Positions 52,104 through 61,476 of a stretch of 64,000 nucleotides of DNA are shown piece by piece. Source of the DNA: Actinomycetes bacterium (GTDB lineage: Bacteria > Actinomycetota > Actinomycetes > S36-B12); NCBI GenBank assembly GCA_965278945.1, contig OZ257128.1:1426623-1490622 (forward strand), in the 5' to 3' direction. The translations under genes were made by a program, and so were the position numbers. A model generated the notes under the pieces. It saw nothing but the letters and a program-made list of their open reading frames with translations. It did not search any database and was not told where the DNA came from. The stretch's first letter is position 1. Every line of letters begins with the position of its first letter.

Positions 52104-53816
52104 ATGTACGAGGATGAAAGCTCCGGTTACGACGCTTCCGCCTGGCGGCAGTGGGTGGTATCTCTCGGTACGCCTGGCGACTCGTTCGACTGGCCCCAGT
52201 GGAGGAGTTTCAATATCGCGAGCGCATGCCTTGCGTGGGCAGACGACTACGGCGATCTTGTCGCCGTAGAGGAGTATTCGAGCGACCCGTTGTTGCCGGG
52301 ACGTGCGATCACCTATGCAGAACTGGCAGTTCAGACTGGCCTACTGGCCACGGCCTTGGCTCGATGCGGAATCACGCGTGGAGACAGGGTCGGCATATTG
52401 CTGAATCAGTGTCTGGAGACGCCGGTTGCTCATTTGGCTACCTACTCGCTGGGGGCGGTGGTCGTGCCGCTGACGGTCCAAGTCGGCGACGACGCGCTGG
52501 CACATCGATTGAACGATTCCTTGTGCGACGTGGTCTTCGTCGACTCCGGCAAGATCACTCAATTGCTTACGGCAGTCGGCGTGCAGCCACTGAAGCGGGT
52601 CATCGTCGTCGGTAGCGCTGAATGGGCTACCACCAGCGAGGGATCGGACTCGCCGCGCACGATTTCGTGGAACGAGTTCATCGGAGAAGGCACTGAGCTC
52701 ACTAAGCCAGTTCAGACTCGGCCGACAGACATCGCAATTATCGCCTATACCTCGGGAACGAGCGGCCGGGCGAAGGGAGCGGTGCACGCGCACCAGGTCC
52801 TTTGGGGCTACGTCTCAGCGCTGAAGCTGTGTTACGACGGACCCGAGTCGCCGGGAGCCACATATTGGACTCCCGTGGACTGGGCGTGGTTGGGTGGAGC
52901 ATACGACGTCTTGATCCCGGCGCTCGCCATGGGCGGTCGAGTGATAGCGGGGACATTGCGTCCTTTTGAGGCAGAAGCTTGCTACGCGTTGCTGAGCCGA
53001 ACCGGAATTACCCACTCATTCCTCCCTCCTACAGCGCTCCGGATGCTTACGACGGTAAGCATGCCCTCGCAGAGGTATGGGCTGGCTCTTGAAACCGTGA
53101 TCACCGGCGGAGAAGAGTTCACCTCTGAACTACTGGAGTGGGCCAGGCGGGACCTTCCTGGCACAAAACTTCATGAGATCTACGGCCAAACTGAAGCAAA
53201 CCCGCTAATTGGAAACGATGGCCGCCGTTTTCCCGTGCGACCTGGCTCGTTCGGAAAGCCTTTTCCAGGTCACGAAATCCGGATTGTTAATGGATTGCCC
53301 GATGACCCTGTAGGCGTCGGAGAGGTCGGCGAGATTATCGTCAGAGCGCTCGGTGACCCATCGGTACTCCGGCACTACTGGCGAAGTGAAGACGCAACTG
53401 CAGACAAGATTCGTAACGGTTGGCTCTACACCGGCGACCTGGCTCGCGTCGATAGCGAAGGATACTTCGAGTTCATCAGTCGCGCCGACGACGTCATCAT
53501 CACGTCGGGTTACCGTGTTGGTCCAGCAGAAATCGAGGAAGCGATCAGTTCCCTCCCCGAAGTTGAAGATGTTGCGGTCGTTTCCTCAGCCCACGCCGTG
53601 CGGGGGAATGTAATCAGGGCCTTTGTCGTCTTAACCGACCCCGACGCAGATCGAGACGTAGTGCGGACGAGGGTTGAAAATATCGTGAAGTCGCGAATCG
53701 CCTTTTACGCGTATCCGCGAGAGGTCTCTTTCGTCGCGGAACTTCCGCGGACAACAACTGGCAAACTTAGTCGCGCCGCGCTTCGTGAGATGGCCTTGGA
53801 AGGCGGGCAACTGTGA
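52104..53816 (+). CDS. AMP-dependent acyl-CoA synthetase/ligase
   Basis: It has the AMP-binding motif IAYTSGTSGRAKGAVHAH, then YGQTE, YTGDLARVDSEGYFEFISRADDVI and the C-terminal TTTGK. Confidence 0.85.
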   Translation: MYEDESSGYDASAWRQWVVSLGTPGDSFDWPQWRSFNIASACLAWADDYGDLVAVEEYSSDPLLPGRAITYAELAVQTGLLATALARCGITRGDRVGILLNQCLETPVAHLATYSLGAVVVPLTVQVGDDALAHRLNDSLCDVVFVDSGKITQLLTAVGVQPLKRVIVVGSAEWATTSEGSDSPRTISWNEFIGEGTELTKPVQTRPTDIAIIAYTSGTSGRAKGAVHAHQVLWGYVSALKLCYDGPESPGATYWTPVDWAWLGGAYDVLIPALAMGGRVIAGTLRPFEAEACYALLSRTGITHSFLPPTALRMLTTVSMPSQRYGLALETVITGGEEFTSELLEWARRDLPGTKLHEIYGQTEANPLIGNDGRRFPVRPGSFGKPFPGHEIRIVNGLPDDPVGVGEVGEIIVRALGDPSVLRHYWRSEDATADKIRNGWLYTGDLARVDSEGYFEFISRADDVIITSGYRVGPAEIEEAISSLPEVEDVAVVSSAHAVRGNVIRAFVVLTDPDADRDVVRTRVENIVKSRIAFYAYPREVSFVAELPRTTTGKLSRAALREMALEGGQL

Positions 53817-54661
53817 ACTCGACCGATTCCCCCCCAGTCCTGGCATCGCGCGATCAACACATTCTCATGCTGACGCTAAACCGTCCTCATCGGCACAACG
53901 CCTTGGCCGCAGATGTAATCGATGCACTCGTCGAAGAGTTGCAGTTGGCCGCGAATGACGACGACGTTCGTGTGGCCGTGATTCGAGGAGCGGGTCCCAG
54001 CTTCTGTTCCGGCTACGACCTGAGCCCAGAGCAGCGATCGGAATACACATCCGGGCTCAACCTCGTTACTGACTATCGACGATTGGAGACCCTTCGAAAG
54101 AAGTGGTCCGTCATTCGCGATTTCCCGAAGCCACTGGTCGCTGGCATCCATGGGCACTGTCTTGCAGGAGGTACGGACTTACTTCTCGCTTGCGACATTT
54201 CGATCGCTGCTGACAATGCTTCGATCGGCATGCCCAACGTCCGGAGTCTCGGCATCTCTCTCCTGCTCCCGATGTGGGAGCGAATCCTTGGGGGTCCGAG
54301 GAGCAAGCTCTACGCGTTTACAGGTGACTCGATGAGCGGAGCGCAAGCCGCGGAGTTCGGCTTCGTCTCTTTGTCGGTCGACGCAAGCGAGCTCGACGCT
54401 GAGGTTGCTCGAGTCGCCAATCGGATAGCGATGGTACCGCCGCAGATTGTGGCCCTTGCTAAGCAGACGCTAAATCATCGGTGGCGTTCAGAATGGGAAG
54501 AGCTCTCCGCAATGGGCACGGCCCTGGATGCCATTGCACATGGCGTAGACGACGTGGTCCAGTTCTGGCAACTTGCCGCCCGCGATGGGCTGAAAAGCAC
54601 CCTTGATGCAAGGGACGCCCCGTTCCGGCCTGGTGCCCCGCGGACGGGCAGCGCCGAATGA
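53813..54661 (+). CDS. enoyl-CoA hydratase/isomerase family protein
   Basis: It has LMLTLNRPHRHNAL, FCSGYDL and AGIHGHCLAGGTDLLLACDISIA. The GTG start overlaps the upstream stop (GTGA). Confidence 0.8.
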   Translation: MNSTDSPPVLASRDQHILMLTLNRPHRHNALAADVIDALVEELQLAANDDDVRVAVIRGAGPSFCSGYDLSPEQRSEYTSGLNLVTDYRRLETLRKKWSVIRDFPKPLVAGIHGHCLAGGTDLLLACDISIAADNASIGMPNVRSLGISLLLPMWERILGGPRSKLYAFTGDSMSGAQAAEFGFVSLSVDASELDAEVARVANRIAMVPPQIVALAKQTLNHRWRSEWEELSAMGTALDAIAHGVDDVVQFWQLAARDGLKSTLDARDAPFRPGAPRTGSAE

Positions 54662-55929
54662 GCTTCGACGAGTCTCTCGACGACCTCTTCTCGGATGAAG
54701 CGATCTCGAATCCCGCAACCTTCTACGCTCGCCTCAGGCAAGCTGATCCGGTCCATTGGAACCCACGATGGAAGGGCTGGATCGTAACCAGCCACGCGGA
54801 CGTTCAGCGATGCCTTGCCTCACCCGAGTTGTCAGCCCGTCGTTTTGAGCAGGTCATTGAGTCGAGTGGCGGTCAACAGAAGTCGCCGCGCGATAGCAGG
54901 ATTCTCTTCGATCTCTTGTCCGGCTGGCTCGCCTTTATGGATCCCCCCCAACACACACGTACCAAACGCCTTGTCAGCAAGGCCTTCACTCATAGAACCG
55001 TTTCCGCGATGGACGAGGCGATCGATGCTGCAGCAACGACTCTCGCAACCACGATCCGAGAAGAACGACGACTTGAAGGGTCCTTCGATCTGATAGCCGA
55101 CTTCGCGTTTCCGCTGCCTGCGCTGGTGGTCGGGAGCTTGATGGGCGTGCCGCCCCAGGACATGCTACGAATGAAGGAGTTGTCCGCCGACGTCTCCACG
55201 ATCATTTTCATAGGTGAGTCCAGCGAGAACAGGTACTCCCGCGCTGCGCAGTCGATTGAGGAACTGACTGAGTATTTCGCGTCCTATCTGGACGGAAGAA
55301 AAGCGCCAACAGCGAATGGGCTCCTCGCACGGCTGGCGGGCTTGCCGGACGTCGATCCCCTAACGAGAACCGAGATCATTTCGACCTGCGTCAATCTCCT
55401 GTTTGCCGGCCAGGACACAACGATGAACCTGATTGGCAATGCGGTCATCGCTCTCGCTACTGAACCGGAGTCACGGCAGGCCTTCTGGCGTGGTGAGGTT
55501 GATATCGACACTGCGATCGATGAGTTTCTTCGGCTTGAAGGTCCGGCCAAGACGACGGTGCGCTGGACCAGAGAGGAGTTCCAGCTAGGCGATCGGATCA
55601 TCCCTGCAGGTCAACGCCTTCTGCTTGTCATGGCGGGCGCTAACCGCGACCCACAGGTTTTCGACCATCCGGATGAAATGGATCTGTCGCGTCATCCAAA
55701 CCCCCAGTTATCCTTCGGGCAAGGGATTCACTTCTGCCTGGGCGCCCCACTTGCGCGGGCGGAGACTCGCGCAGGCCTGAAGGCACTCGCTCAAGTCTTC
55801 CCAGACCTGCATCTGTCCGGAGCGGTCCGCGACATCGAATGGAGGCGGACCTTGGTCTTGCGTGGCGTCGACACTCTCCCCGTTTCCTTCGATCCCAGAG
55901 TCGAGCCGCTGTCATGGCCGACCCAGTGA
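54658..55929 (+). CDS. cytochrome P450
   Basis: It has the heme-thiolate loop FGQGIHFCLGAPLA, the I-helix LLFAGQDTT and the ExxR region (EFLRLEGP). The ATG overlaps the upstream stop (ATGA). Confidence 0.9.
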   Translation: MSFDESLDDLFSDEAISNPATFYARLRQADPVHWNPRWKGWIVTSHADVQRCLASPELSARRFEQVIESSGGQQKSPRDSRILFDLLSGWLAFMDPPQHTRTKRLVSKAFTHRTVSAMDEAIDAAATTLATTIREERRLEGSFDLIADFAFPLPALVVGSLMGVPPQDMLRMKELSADVSTIIFIGESSENRYSRAAQSIEELTEYFASYLDGRKAPTANGLLARLAGLPDVDPLTRTEIISTCVNLLFAGQDTTMNLIGNAVIALATEPESRQAFWRGEVDIDTAIDEFLRLEGPAKTTVRWTREEFQLGDRIIPAGQRLLLVMAGANRDPQVFDHPDEMDLSRHPNPQLSFGQGIHFCLGAPLARAETRAGLKALAQVFPDLHLSGAVRDIEWRRTLVLRGVDTLPVSFDPRVEPLSWPTQ

Positions 55930-57101
55930 TGGCGCCAGCAGCCAAGCCCGAGATGTTCGGCAATGGCGCCGAACATAAACAATTTCGCGGGCTCGTACGA
56001 CACTTTCTGGAACGCGAGGTCGCAGATCACATAAGAGAATGGGAAGAGGCAGGCCGCGTTCCCAGGGAAGTCTGGCGTCGCGCGGGAGAGTTGGGTCTAC
56101 TCGGATTCGCGGCGCCAGTGGAGTACGGAGGCGCGGGAGCAACAGACTTCTACTTCAACGCGATCTTGACTGACGAGCTTGCGCGGGTAGGAGCGAGTTC
56201 AGTGGGATTTCGCGTCCACAACGACATGGTCATGACCTATTTGATCAAGTACGGCACCGAACAGCAGAAGCGAACCTGGCTGCCAAGGATGTGCGCCGGC
56301 GAAACTATCGGCGCGATCGCGATCACTGAACCCGATGCTGGTAGCGACATCGCCGGACTACGACTTCGGGCGAAGCTGACAGATGCCGACTATCACCTTC
56401 ATGGCCAGAAGCTCTACATCAGCAACGGTATGGAGGCGGACCTGATTGTTGTGGCCGCCAAGACGTCCGCAGAAGCCGGCCGTGAGGGCATCAGCCTTAT
56501 CGTCGTTGAAGGGTCGGCGGCCCGTGCGATCGAACGAAGTGCTCTCAAGAAGATCGGCATGCACTCCCAGGACACGGCGTCCCTTTCCTTCGACGATGTG
56601 ATCGTCCCGAAAGGAAATTTGCTTGGAGCTGAAGGGGACGGATTCGAACAGTTGAAGAGCATGCTCAAGGGTGAGCGGATGTCCGTCGCTGTCGACGCTG
56701 TATCGAATGCGAGGCACGCGCTCACTGAGACTGTTGCGTACTGCACTCAGCGCAGAGCCTTCGGTCGCGACTTACTTGACTTTCAGAACACACGCTTCGT
56801 GTTGGCCAACGTAGCGACGGAGGTCGCGGTTGGATCCGCGTTCGTTGCGCAATGCATAGACGAGTTGAACGCGAACACGTTGACCGTAGAACGCGCCGCG
56901 ATGGCGAAACTATGGTCGACCGAGATGTCTGCCAGATCAGTTGACGTCTGTCTACAAGCGCACGGTGGTTTCGGCTACATGCAGGAATCGATGATCGGCC
57001 GTCGGTTCGTGGATGGGCGAGCCAAGCGGATATCGGCGGGCAGCAACGAAATCATGAGGGAAGTCATCGGACGCTCCCTTAGACACGGTCAGGTGATTTG
57101 A
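55914..57101 (+). CDS. acyl-CoA dehydrogenase
   Basis: It has GAIAITEPDAGSD, YISNG and the C-terminal QAHGGFGYM..........GSNEIM. The start is ATG 55914, or ATG 55929 overlapping the P450 stop (TGATG). Confidence 0.85.
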   Translation: MADPVMAPAAKPEMFGNGAEHKQFRGLVRHFLEREVADHIREWEEAGRVPREVWRRAGELGLLGFAAPVEYGGAGATDFYFNAILTDELARVGASSVGFRVHNDMVMTYLIKYGTEQQKRTWLPRMCAGETIGAIAITEPDAGSDIAGLRLRAKLTDADYHLHGQKLYISNGMEADLIVVAAKTSAEAGREGISLIVVEGSAARAIERSALKKIGMHSQDTASLSFDDVIVPKGNLLGAEGDGFEQLKSMLKGERMSVAVDAVSNARHALTETVAYCTQRRAFGRDLLDFQNTRFVLANVATEVAVGSAFVAQCIDELNANTLTVERAAMAKLWSTEMSARSVDVCLQAHGGFGYMQESMIGRRFVDGRAKRISAGSNEIMREVIGRSLRHGQVI

Positions 57102-57313
57102 AGCCCGTGGCTCACTTGTCCGTGAATCGCAGCATGTGTGTTGGCGCCGCCATGTGCGCGATGACAACCCCTCAATTCTTCGCGATCGACTCGTCCGGAA
57201 AGTCGGAGGTCGTACGTCAACCAACGGGACCAGCGGCGGCCTGGAAGGAAGCGGTTGAGGACGCGATCGGTGATTGTCCCGCGCAGGCCATTTCTTTAGA
57301 CGTCTCAAGCTGA
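57098..57313 (+). CDS. small single-cluster ferredoxin (3Fe-4S/4Fe-4S type), probable P450 redox partner
   Basis: The 71-aa product has the cysteine pattern C-x2-A-x2-C ... CP (CVGAAMC ... DCP). The start is TTG 57098 (overlapping the upstream stop) or GTG 57107. Confidence 0.75.
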   Translation: MKPVAHLSVNRSMCVGAAMCAMTTPQFFAIDSSGKSEVVRQPTGPAAAWKEAVEDAIGDCPAQAISLDVSS

Positions 57314-57440
57314 ACGGAGTCCATACGCGAGCCGGTGACTCGCTGGAACGTGCCTTTTATCAAGTTTCTCAGAGCCAACCGGTCGCCACCGAAGTTCGAG
57401 TTGAGTCACGGCTTCGGTCGCCCAAGACGAGGGAGTACGA

Positions 57441-58193
57441 ATGATGCTAGAGGGACGACGCGCGGTGGTAACGGGTGCGGCTGGCGCGGGCATCGGGTTC
57501 GCCGTGGCTCAGCGCTTCCTAAAAGAGGGGGCGCACGTACTGCTCACGGATTCGAGCGAGTCTAGGCTCGCAATTGCAGGCAACCGTCTCGCCGCAGACT
57601 TTGGAAGCAATGTCGACACTCTCACGGTCGATGTATCGAGTACCAAGGACGTGCAGCGACTGGCCAAGCACCTCGCTGAATCACGCGTGGACATCTTGTT
57701 CAACAACGCTGGTCTGTTTCGAAATACTCTTATCACCGAGACTAGTGACGAGTTGTGGGACGAACTGATCAACGTCAACCTCGGTGGACCGTTCCGATTG
57801 ATTCGTGCCGTGTTGCCTCTGATGATCAACCAGCAGTCTGGCTCGATCATCAATGTCGCGTCGCAGAGTGGCTGGATTCCACTGGCTGACGGGGAGGCTC
57901 CGTATTGCGCCGCAAAGGCTGGAGTCATGGGCCTTACGCGGGCGGTCGCGCTCGAGGTGGGCAAGCATGGTATCCGAGTGAATGCGATAGCCCCAGGCAT
58001 GACCATGAATCCCTTCGTCACGAAGTCATTTCCGGCCGCACAGGTGGAGGCGATTCGAAAGGCCACGCCTCTTCAACGAACTGCTGAGCCCTCCGAGATA
58101 GCTGCGCTGGCCGTGTTCCTTGCGTCCGAGGAAGCGAGTTTCATCTCAGGCGAAGTGGTTGCGTGTACAGGTGGTTTCTACATGCACGCATGA
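57441..58193 (+). CDS. short-chain dehydrogenase/reductase (SDR)
   Basis: It has VVTGAAGAGIG, NNAG and YCAAKAG. The ATG follows GAGGGA. Confidence 0.85.
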   Translation: MMLEGRRAVVTGAAGAGIGFAVAQRFLKEGAHVLLTDSSESRLAIAGNRLAADFGSNVDTLTVDVSSTKDVQRLAKHLAESRVDILFNNAGLFRNTLITETSDELWDELINVNLGGPFRLIRAVLPLMINQQSGSIINVASQSGWIPLADGEAPYCAAKAGVMGLTRAVALEVGKHGIRVNAIAPGMTMNPFVTKSFPAAQVEAIRKATPLQRTAEPSEIAALAVFLASEEASFISGEVVACTGGFYMHA

Positions 58194-58235
58194 CACATCC
58201 CAACATCAGAAAACGGCTTGAGGAAAGGATCAGAA

Positions 58236-59072
58236 GTGGGACTTACGAGTAACCTGACGCCAGTGGAGGGTGCGATGTTTGCGGACCTCATCTACACTAA
58301 GAGTTCAACCGACCATGTCGCGAGTATCGTCATCAATCGGCCCGCAACTCTCAACGCGATGACCGGATATACGATGAACGAACTAGTTAAGGCATTCGAG
58401 GACGCCGCCCGTGACGATAATGTCGGCGTCGTGCTACTGAGTGGAGCAGGGTCGAACTTTTCCTCGGGCGGGGATCTAAACTGGGAGCGCGAAACGCTCA
58501 AAGAAGGTTCGTTCGACGTCAGTTCGATGGTCCTCGTCGACGCTATGCGTCACTGCCTAAAGCCAGTGATTGCAGTGGTAAGAGGCTATGCCGTTGGAGG
58601 TGGGAACTGGCTCGCAGCCTTCTGTGACCTGACGCTCGCATCCTCAGATGCCATCTTCGGCCAGAACGGCCCGCGAGTCGGAAGCCCTGCCGAAGGTCTG
58701 CAGGTTTCGCACCTTGCGCACTTGGTTGGTGAGAAGAAGGCTCGCGAAATGTGGATGCTATGCCGCAGGTACAGCGCAGCAGAAGCACTTGAGATGGGCC
58801 TCGTGAATGCCGTGGCTGAGCCAGATGATCTGGAGACTCTCGTCGAGCAGTGGTGCTCGGAGATCACGAAACTCAGTCCTTCAGTGCTTCGAATAGTGAA
58901 GGCCTCTTTCGAATCAAACCTCGATGTTTTCAGGGACTCCACGATTGACCATTGGCGACGCCTGGTGGCTCCGGCTTTCCTGACCAGCGGAGAGTCCAGA
59001 GAAGGGCAGGATGCATTTTTGGAGAAGCGGACGCCCGACTTCTGGAGATTTCTGGAGGAGTCACGATCTTAA
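58236..59072 (+). CDS. enoyl-CoA hydratase/isomerase family protein (MenB-like subgroup possible)
   Basis: It has ASIVINRPATLNAM, GSNFSSGGDL and VRGYAVGGGNWLAAFCDLTLA. The GTG at 58236 follows GAGGAAAGGA. The ORF track starts at TTG 58218. Confidence 0.8.
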   Translation: MGLTSNLTPVEGAMFADLIYTKSSTDHVASIVINRPATLNAMTGYTMNELVKAFEDAARDDNVGVVLLSGAGSNFSSGGDLNWERETLKEGSFDVSSMVLVDAMRHCLKPVIAVVRGYAVGGGNWLAAFCDLTLASSDAIFGQNGPRVGSPAEGLQVSHLAHLVGEKKAREMWMLCRRYSAAEALEMGLVNAVAEPDDLETLVEQWCSEITKLSPSVLRIVKASFESNLDVFRDSTIDHWRRLVAPAFLTSGESREGQDAFLEKRTPDFWRFLEESRS

Positions 59073-59205
59073 GAGGGTGTGATGGCCAAGGCGGTGGCTT
59101 GGGCGGCTGCGATATCGAGTTGGAAGTTGGGCAAGTCGAGCCACTGCCGACTGCTAAGATCGCAGCCGTCTTAGTCGCTCTCAATCGCCGCTTTGGAAGG
59201 CCCGC

Positions 59206-59808
59206 ATGCAAGCGCCAATGTTGAGCGGAGCAACTTACCGTTCCGAGACCGAATCTCGCATCTTGGACGCCGCGGCGAGGTTGTTTGCTTCCAATGGATT
59301 CAATGCGAGCACAACCCGGCAGATCGCTGCCGAAGCTGGTATGGAACGCGCCACGCTCTATCACTACACGGACTCAAAGCAGGAGTTGCTGTACCAGGTT
59401 TGTCTCAGGGCCATAGCCCGGGGCGCAGAGGAGATAATTGGGGCAGTTCAGCGCGAGGTAGGGCCTGAGGCTCGAATTAGGGCGCTATTCACACAGCACG
59501 TACTCTCGACTGTTGGCGACTTGGACTATCAGCGGACCATGCTACTAGAAATGCGAAGCTTGCGTGGTAAACACCTTGCCAAGGTGGTTCGGATGCGACA
59601 GTCGTACCAAACGTTCGTCGCGGCAGAGGTTCGTGAGGCACAGAAATCTGGCTACATTCGGAGCGACCTCGATGAACAGACCTTGGCACTCGCTCTGCTG
59701 GGGCTCCTGAACTGGACGCTCATCTGGTATCAGACCAGCGGCCAAATGTCTCCGGACCAACTCGCTCTAGCGCTCCTCACAGTCTTCATTGAAGGCGCAG
59801 AAGCCTGA
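59206..59808 (+). CDS. TetR-family transcriptional regulator
   Basis: It has the HTH ILDAAARLFASNGFNASTTRQIAAEAGMERATLYHYTDSKQELL. Its stop codon TGA (59806-59808) is also the first three bases of the adjacent IS3 inverted repeat. Confidence 0.85.
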   Translation: MQAPMLSGATYRSETESRILDAAARLFASNGFNASTTRQIAAEAGMERATLYHYTDSKQELLYQVCLRAIARGAEEIIGAVQREVGPEARIRALFTQHVLSTVGDLDYQRTMLLEMRSLRGKHLAKVVRMRQSYQTFVAAEVREAQKSGYIRSDLDEQTLALALLGLLNWTLIWYQTSGQMSPDQLALALLTVFIEGAEA

Positions 59809-59854
59809 TTGGGGGGTCTGCCCCCGCTTTGGTTGACTCGCGGGGTGGGGTGGA

Positions 59855-60718
59855 TCAGACCGCTTTTGCGACCGTGTGGTGAGTCGTCTCAAACTCGATG
59901 GGCGTGAGCTTTCCCAGGGCACGCTGCCGGCGGCGACGGTGGTAGGTCCGCTCGATCCAGTGGACAATCGCGTGGCGTAGCTCCCCTCGGGTGGTCCACG
60001 GCTTGCGGTGCAGGACATTCTTCTGCAGCAGGGAGAAGAACGACTCCATGGCCGCGTTGTCGCCGGCCGAGGACACCCTGCCCTACGAGCCGCCCAGGTT
60101 GTTGTTGGCCAGCATGCGGGTGAACTTCTTGGGACGAAGTTGACTGCCTCTGTCCGAGTGAACAATGGTTCGGAGGGGTCGGCCGCGCAGGATGGTCGCC
60201 ATCCGCAGCGCGTTGACGGCCAGCGATGCCTTCATCCGGGAGTCGATCGAGTATCCGACGATCCGGTTGGAATGGCAGTACTTGATCGCACACAGGTACA
60301 CCTTCCCCTCCGCGGTCCAGTGCTCGGTGATGTCGACCAGCCACAGCACGTCGGGCCCATCCGCGGTGAAGTCCCGGTTGACGAGGTCGTCGTGGACCGC
60401 GGGGCCGGCCTTCTTGCCCGAGCCCCGCTTCTTGACGATCACCGAGAGGATGCCCTCCTGGCTGCAGAACCATTGCTCGCGGTTTTCACTGGCGGTGAGG
60501 CCCTTCTCGTGGATCAGCTCATCAGCGATGAGCCGGTACCCGAACTCGGGGTCGTCGGCGTGCACGTCGTACGCGGCGTTGATCAGGTGCGCGTCCGTCC
60601 CAGTCCCGCCGGCAGACGGGGTCCTTGCGCCAGGCGTGATACGCCTGAGTGGAGAAGCCCGGCACCCGGCACCGGTATCCCTCGCCGGCGAGGGATCGCC
60701 GACCATGGGATACATCAT
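59855..60718 (-). pseudogene. IS3 transposase orfB (rve core) with an in-frame TAG and an N-terminal frame break
   Basis: The core reads DDPEFGYRLIADEL, LWLVDITEH, VHSDRGSQ ... NNLGGS*GRVSSAGDNAAMESFFSLLQKNVL. The TAG at 60083-60085 interrupts an otherwise continuous frame. The N-terminal block LAGEGYRCRVPGFSTQAYHAWRKDPVCRRDWD (60600-60695) is in another frame. Confidence 0.7.
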
Positions 60719-60999
60719 TTTGGGTTCACGCCCGTCCCAGATACACCGCCGCCCGCCGCAGTTCCTCGTTCTCCCGCTCCAGCAGGCGGATCCAGCTTCT
60801 TTGCCTCGCGCAGTTCCGCAGTCTCAGCCCGGGTCGCACCCGGCCGGCGGCCCTCCTCGACATCATCGAACTTCAGCCAGTGCAGCAGGCACGACTCGGA
60901 GATCCCGAAATCACGGGCGACCTGCGCGATCGGGGCATCGGACTGGCGAGCGACCGCGACCTCGTCACGGCGGCACTTCAACGGAAACGCCTTCGGCAT
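60715..60999 (-). pseudogene. IS3 transposase orfA (frame-disrupted)
   Basis: The HTH part (VAVARQSDAPIAQVARDFGISESCLLHWLK) is in the annotated frame. The expected coiled-coil IRLLERENEELRRAAVYLGRA is readable only in a different frame (60729-60791). Confidence 0.65.
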
Positions 61000-61070
61000 G
61001 ACCTACATCCTTCCAGCGAGGACGAATCCTCACAGGAGTCAACCAAAGTCTGGGCAGACCCGGGTGACAC

Positions 61071-61232
61071 GTTCCTTGGCTGGACGCCTTCGCCAAGTAC
61101 GTACTGGCCGGCTTACTCCTTACCGCTATTCCGATTGCGACCAGCTTCCTGCAGGCTGACATCCCTATCACCAACGCTCATTCCGGCGTCATGCCCTCCC
61201 GAGTGACGCCGGGGCTCACCGTGCCTGAGTGA
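61071..61232 (+). pseudogene. 3' fragment of a membrane-protein gene truncated by the IS3 element
   Basis: My own translation starting right at the IS end reads VPWLDAFAKYVLAGLLLTAIPIATSFLQADIPITNAHSGVMPSRVTPGLTVPE*. It has a hydrophobic helix and coding-like codon usage but no start codon. This call is tentative. Confidence 0.3.
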
Positions 61233-61476
61233 GCACACCAGATCGATCCTTCAACAAGAACTCGATGGGCATGCTCAAAGTGCGACGTCGGCGACCTGGT
61301 TAGTAGCTCCGGGTGGGCTAGCGACTCATTGCCAAGCGGACAAGGTCACGCTCAGGTCACGATTGGGTCATTTGCGAGGTGTTTCCCGAGCGCTCGGTTG
61401 ATAATGAATCCTGCTAAGGCTGCACGTTCCCGCGAGCTCCGTGTGGAGACCTCGCTCATCACAAGTAGGAGGCTGA

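Larger units (their letters stand above)
59806..61069 (-). mobile_element. IS3-family insertion sequence (1264 bp), decayed
   Basis: Its ~35-bp inverted repeats read TGATTGGGGGGTCTGCCCCCGCTTTGGTTGACTC (left) and TGTCACCCGGGTCTGCCCAGACTTTGGTTGACTC (reverse complement of the right end). The ends are TG...CA. No matching target duplication exists (GCC versus CGT). The coding frames are fragmented. Confidence 0.75.
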
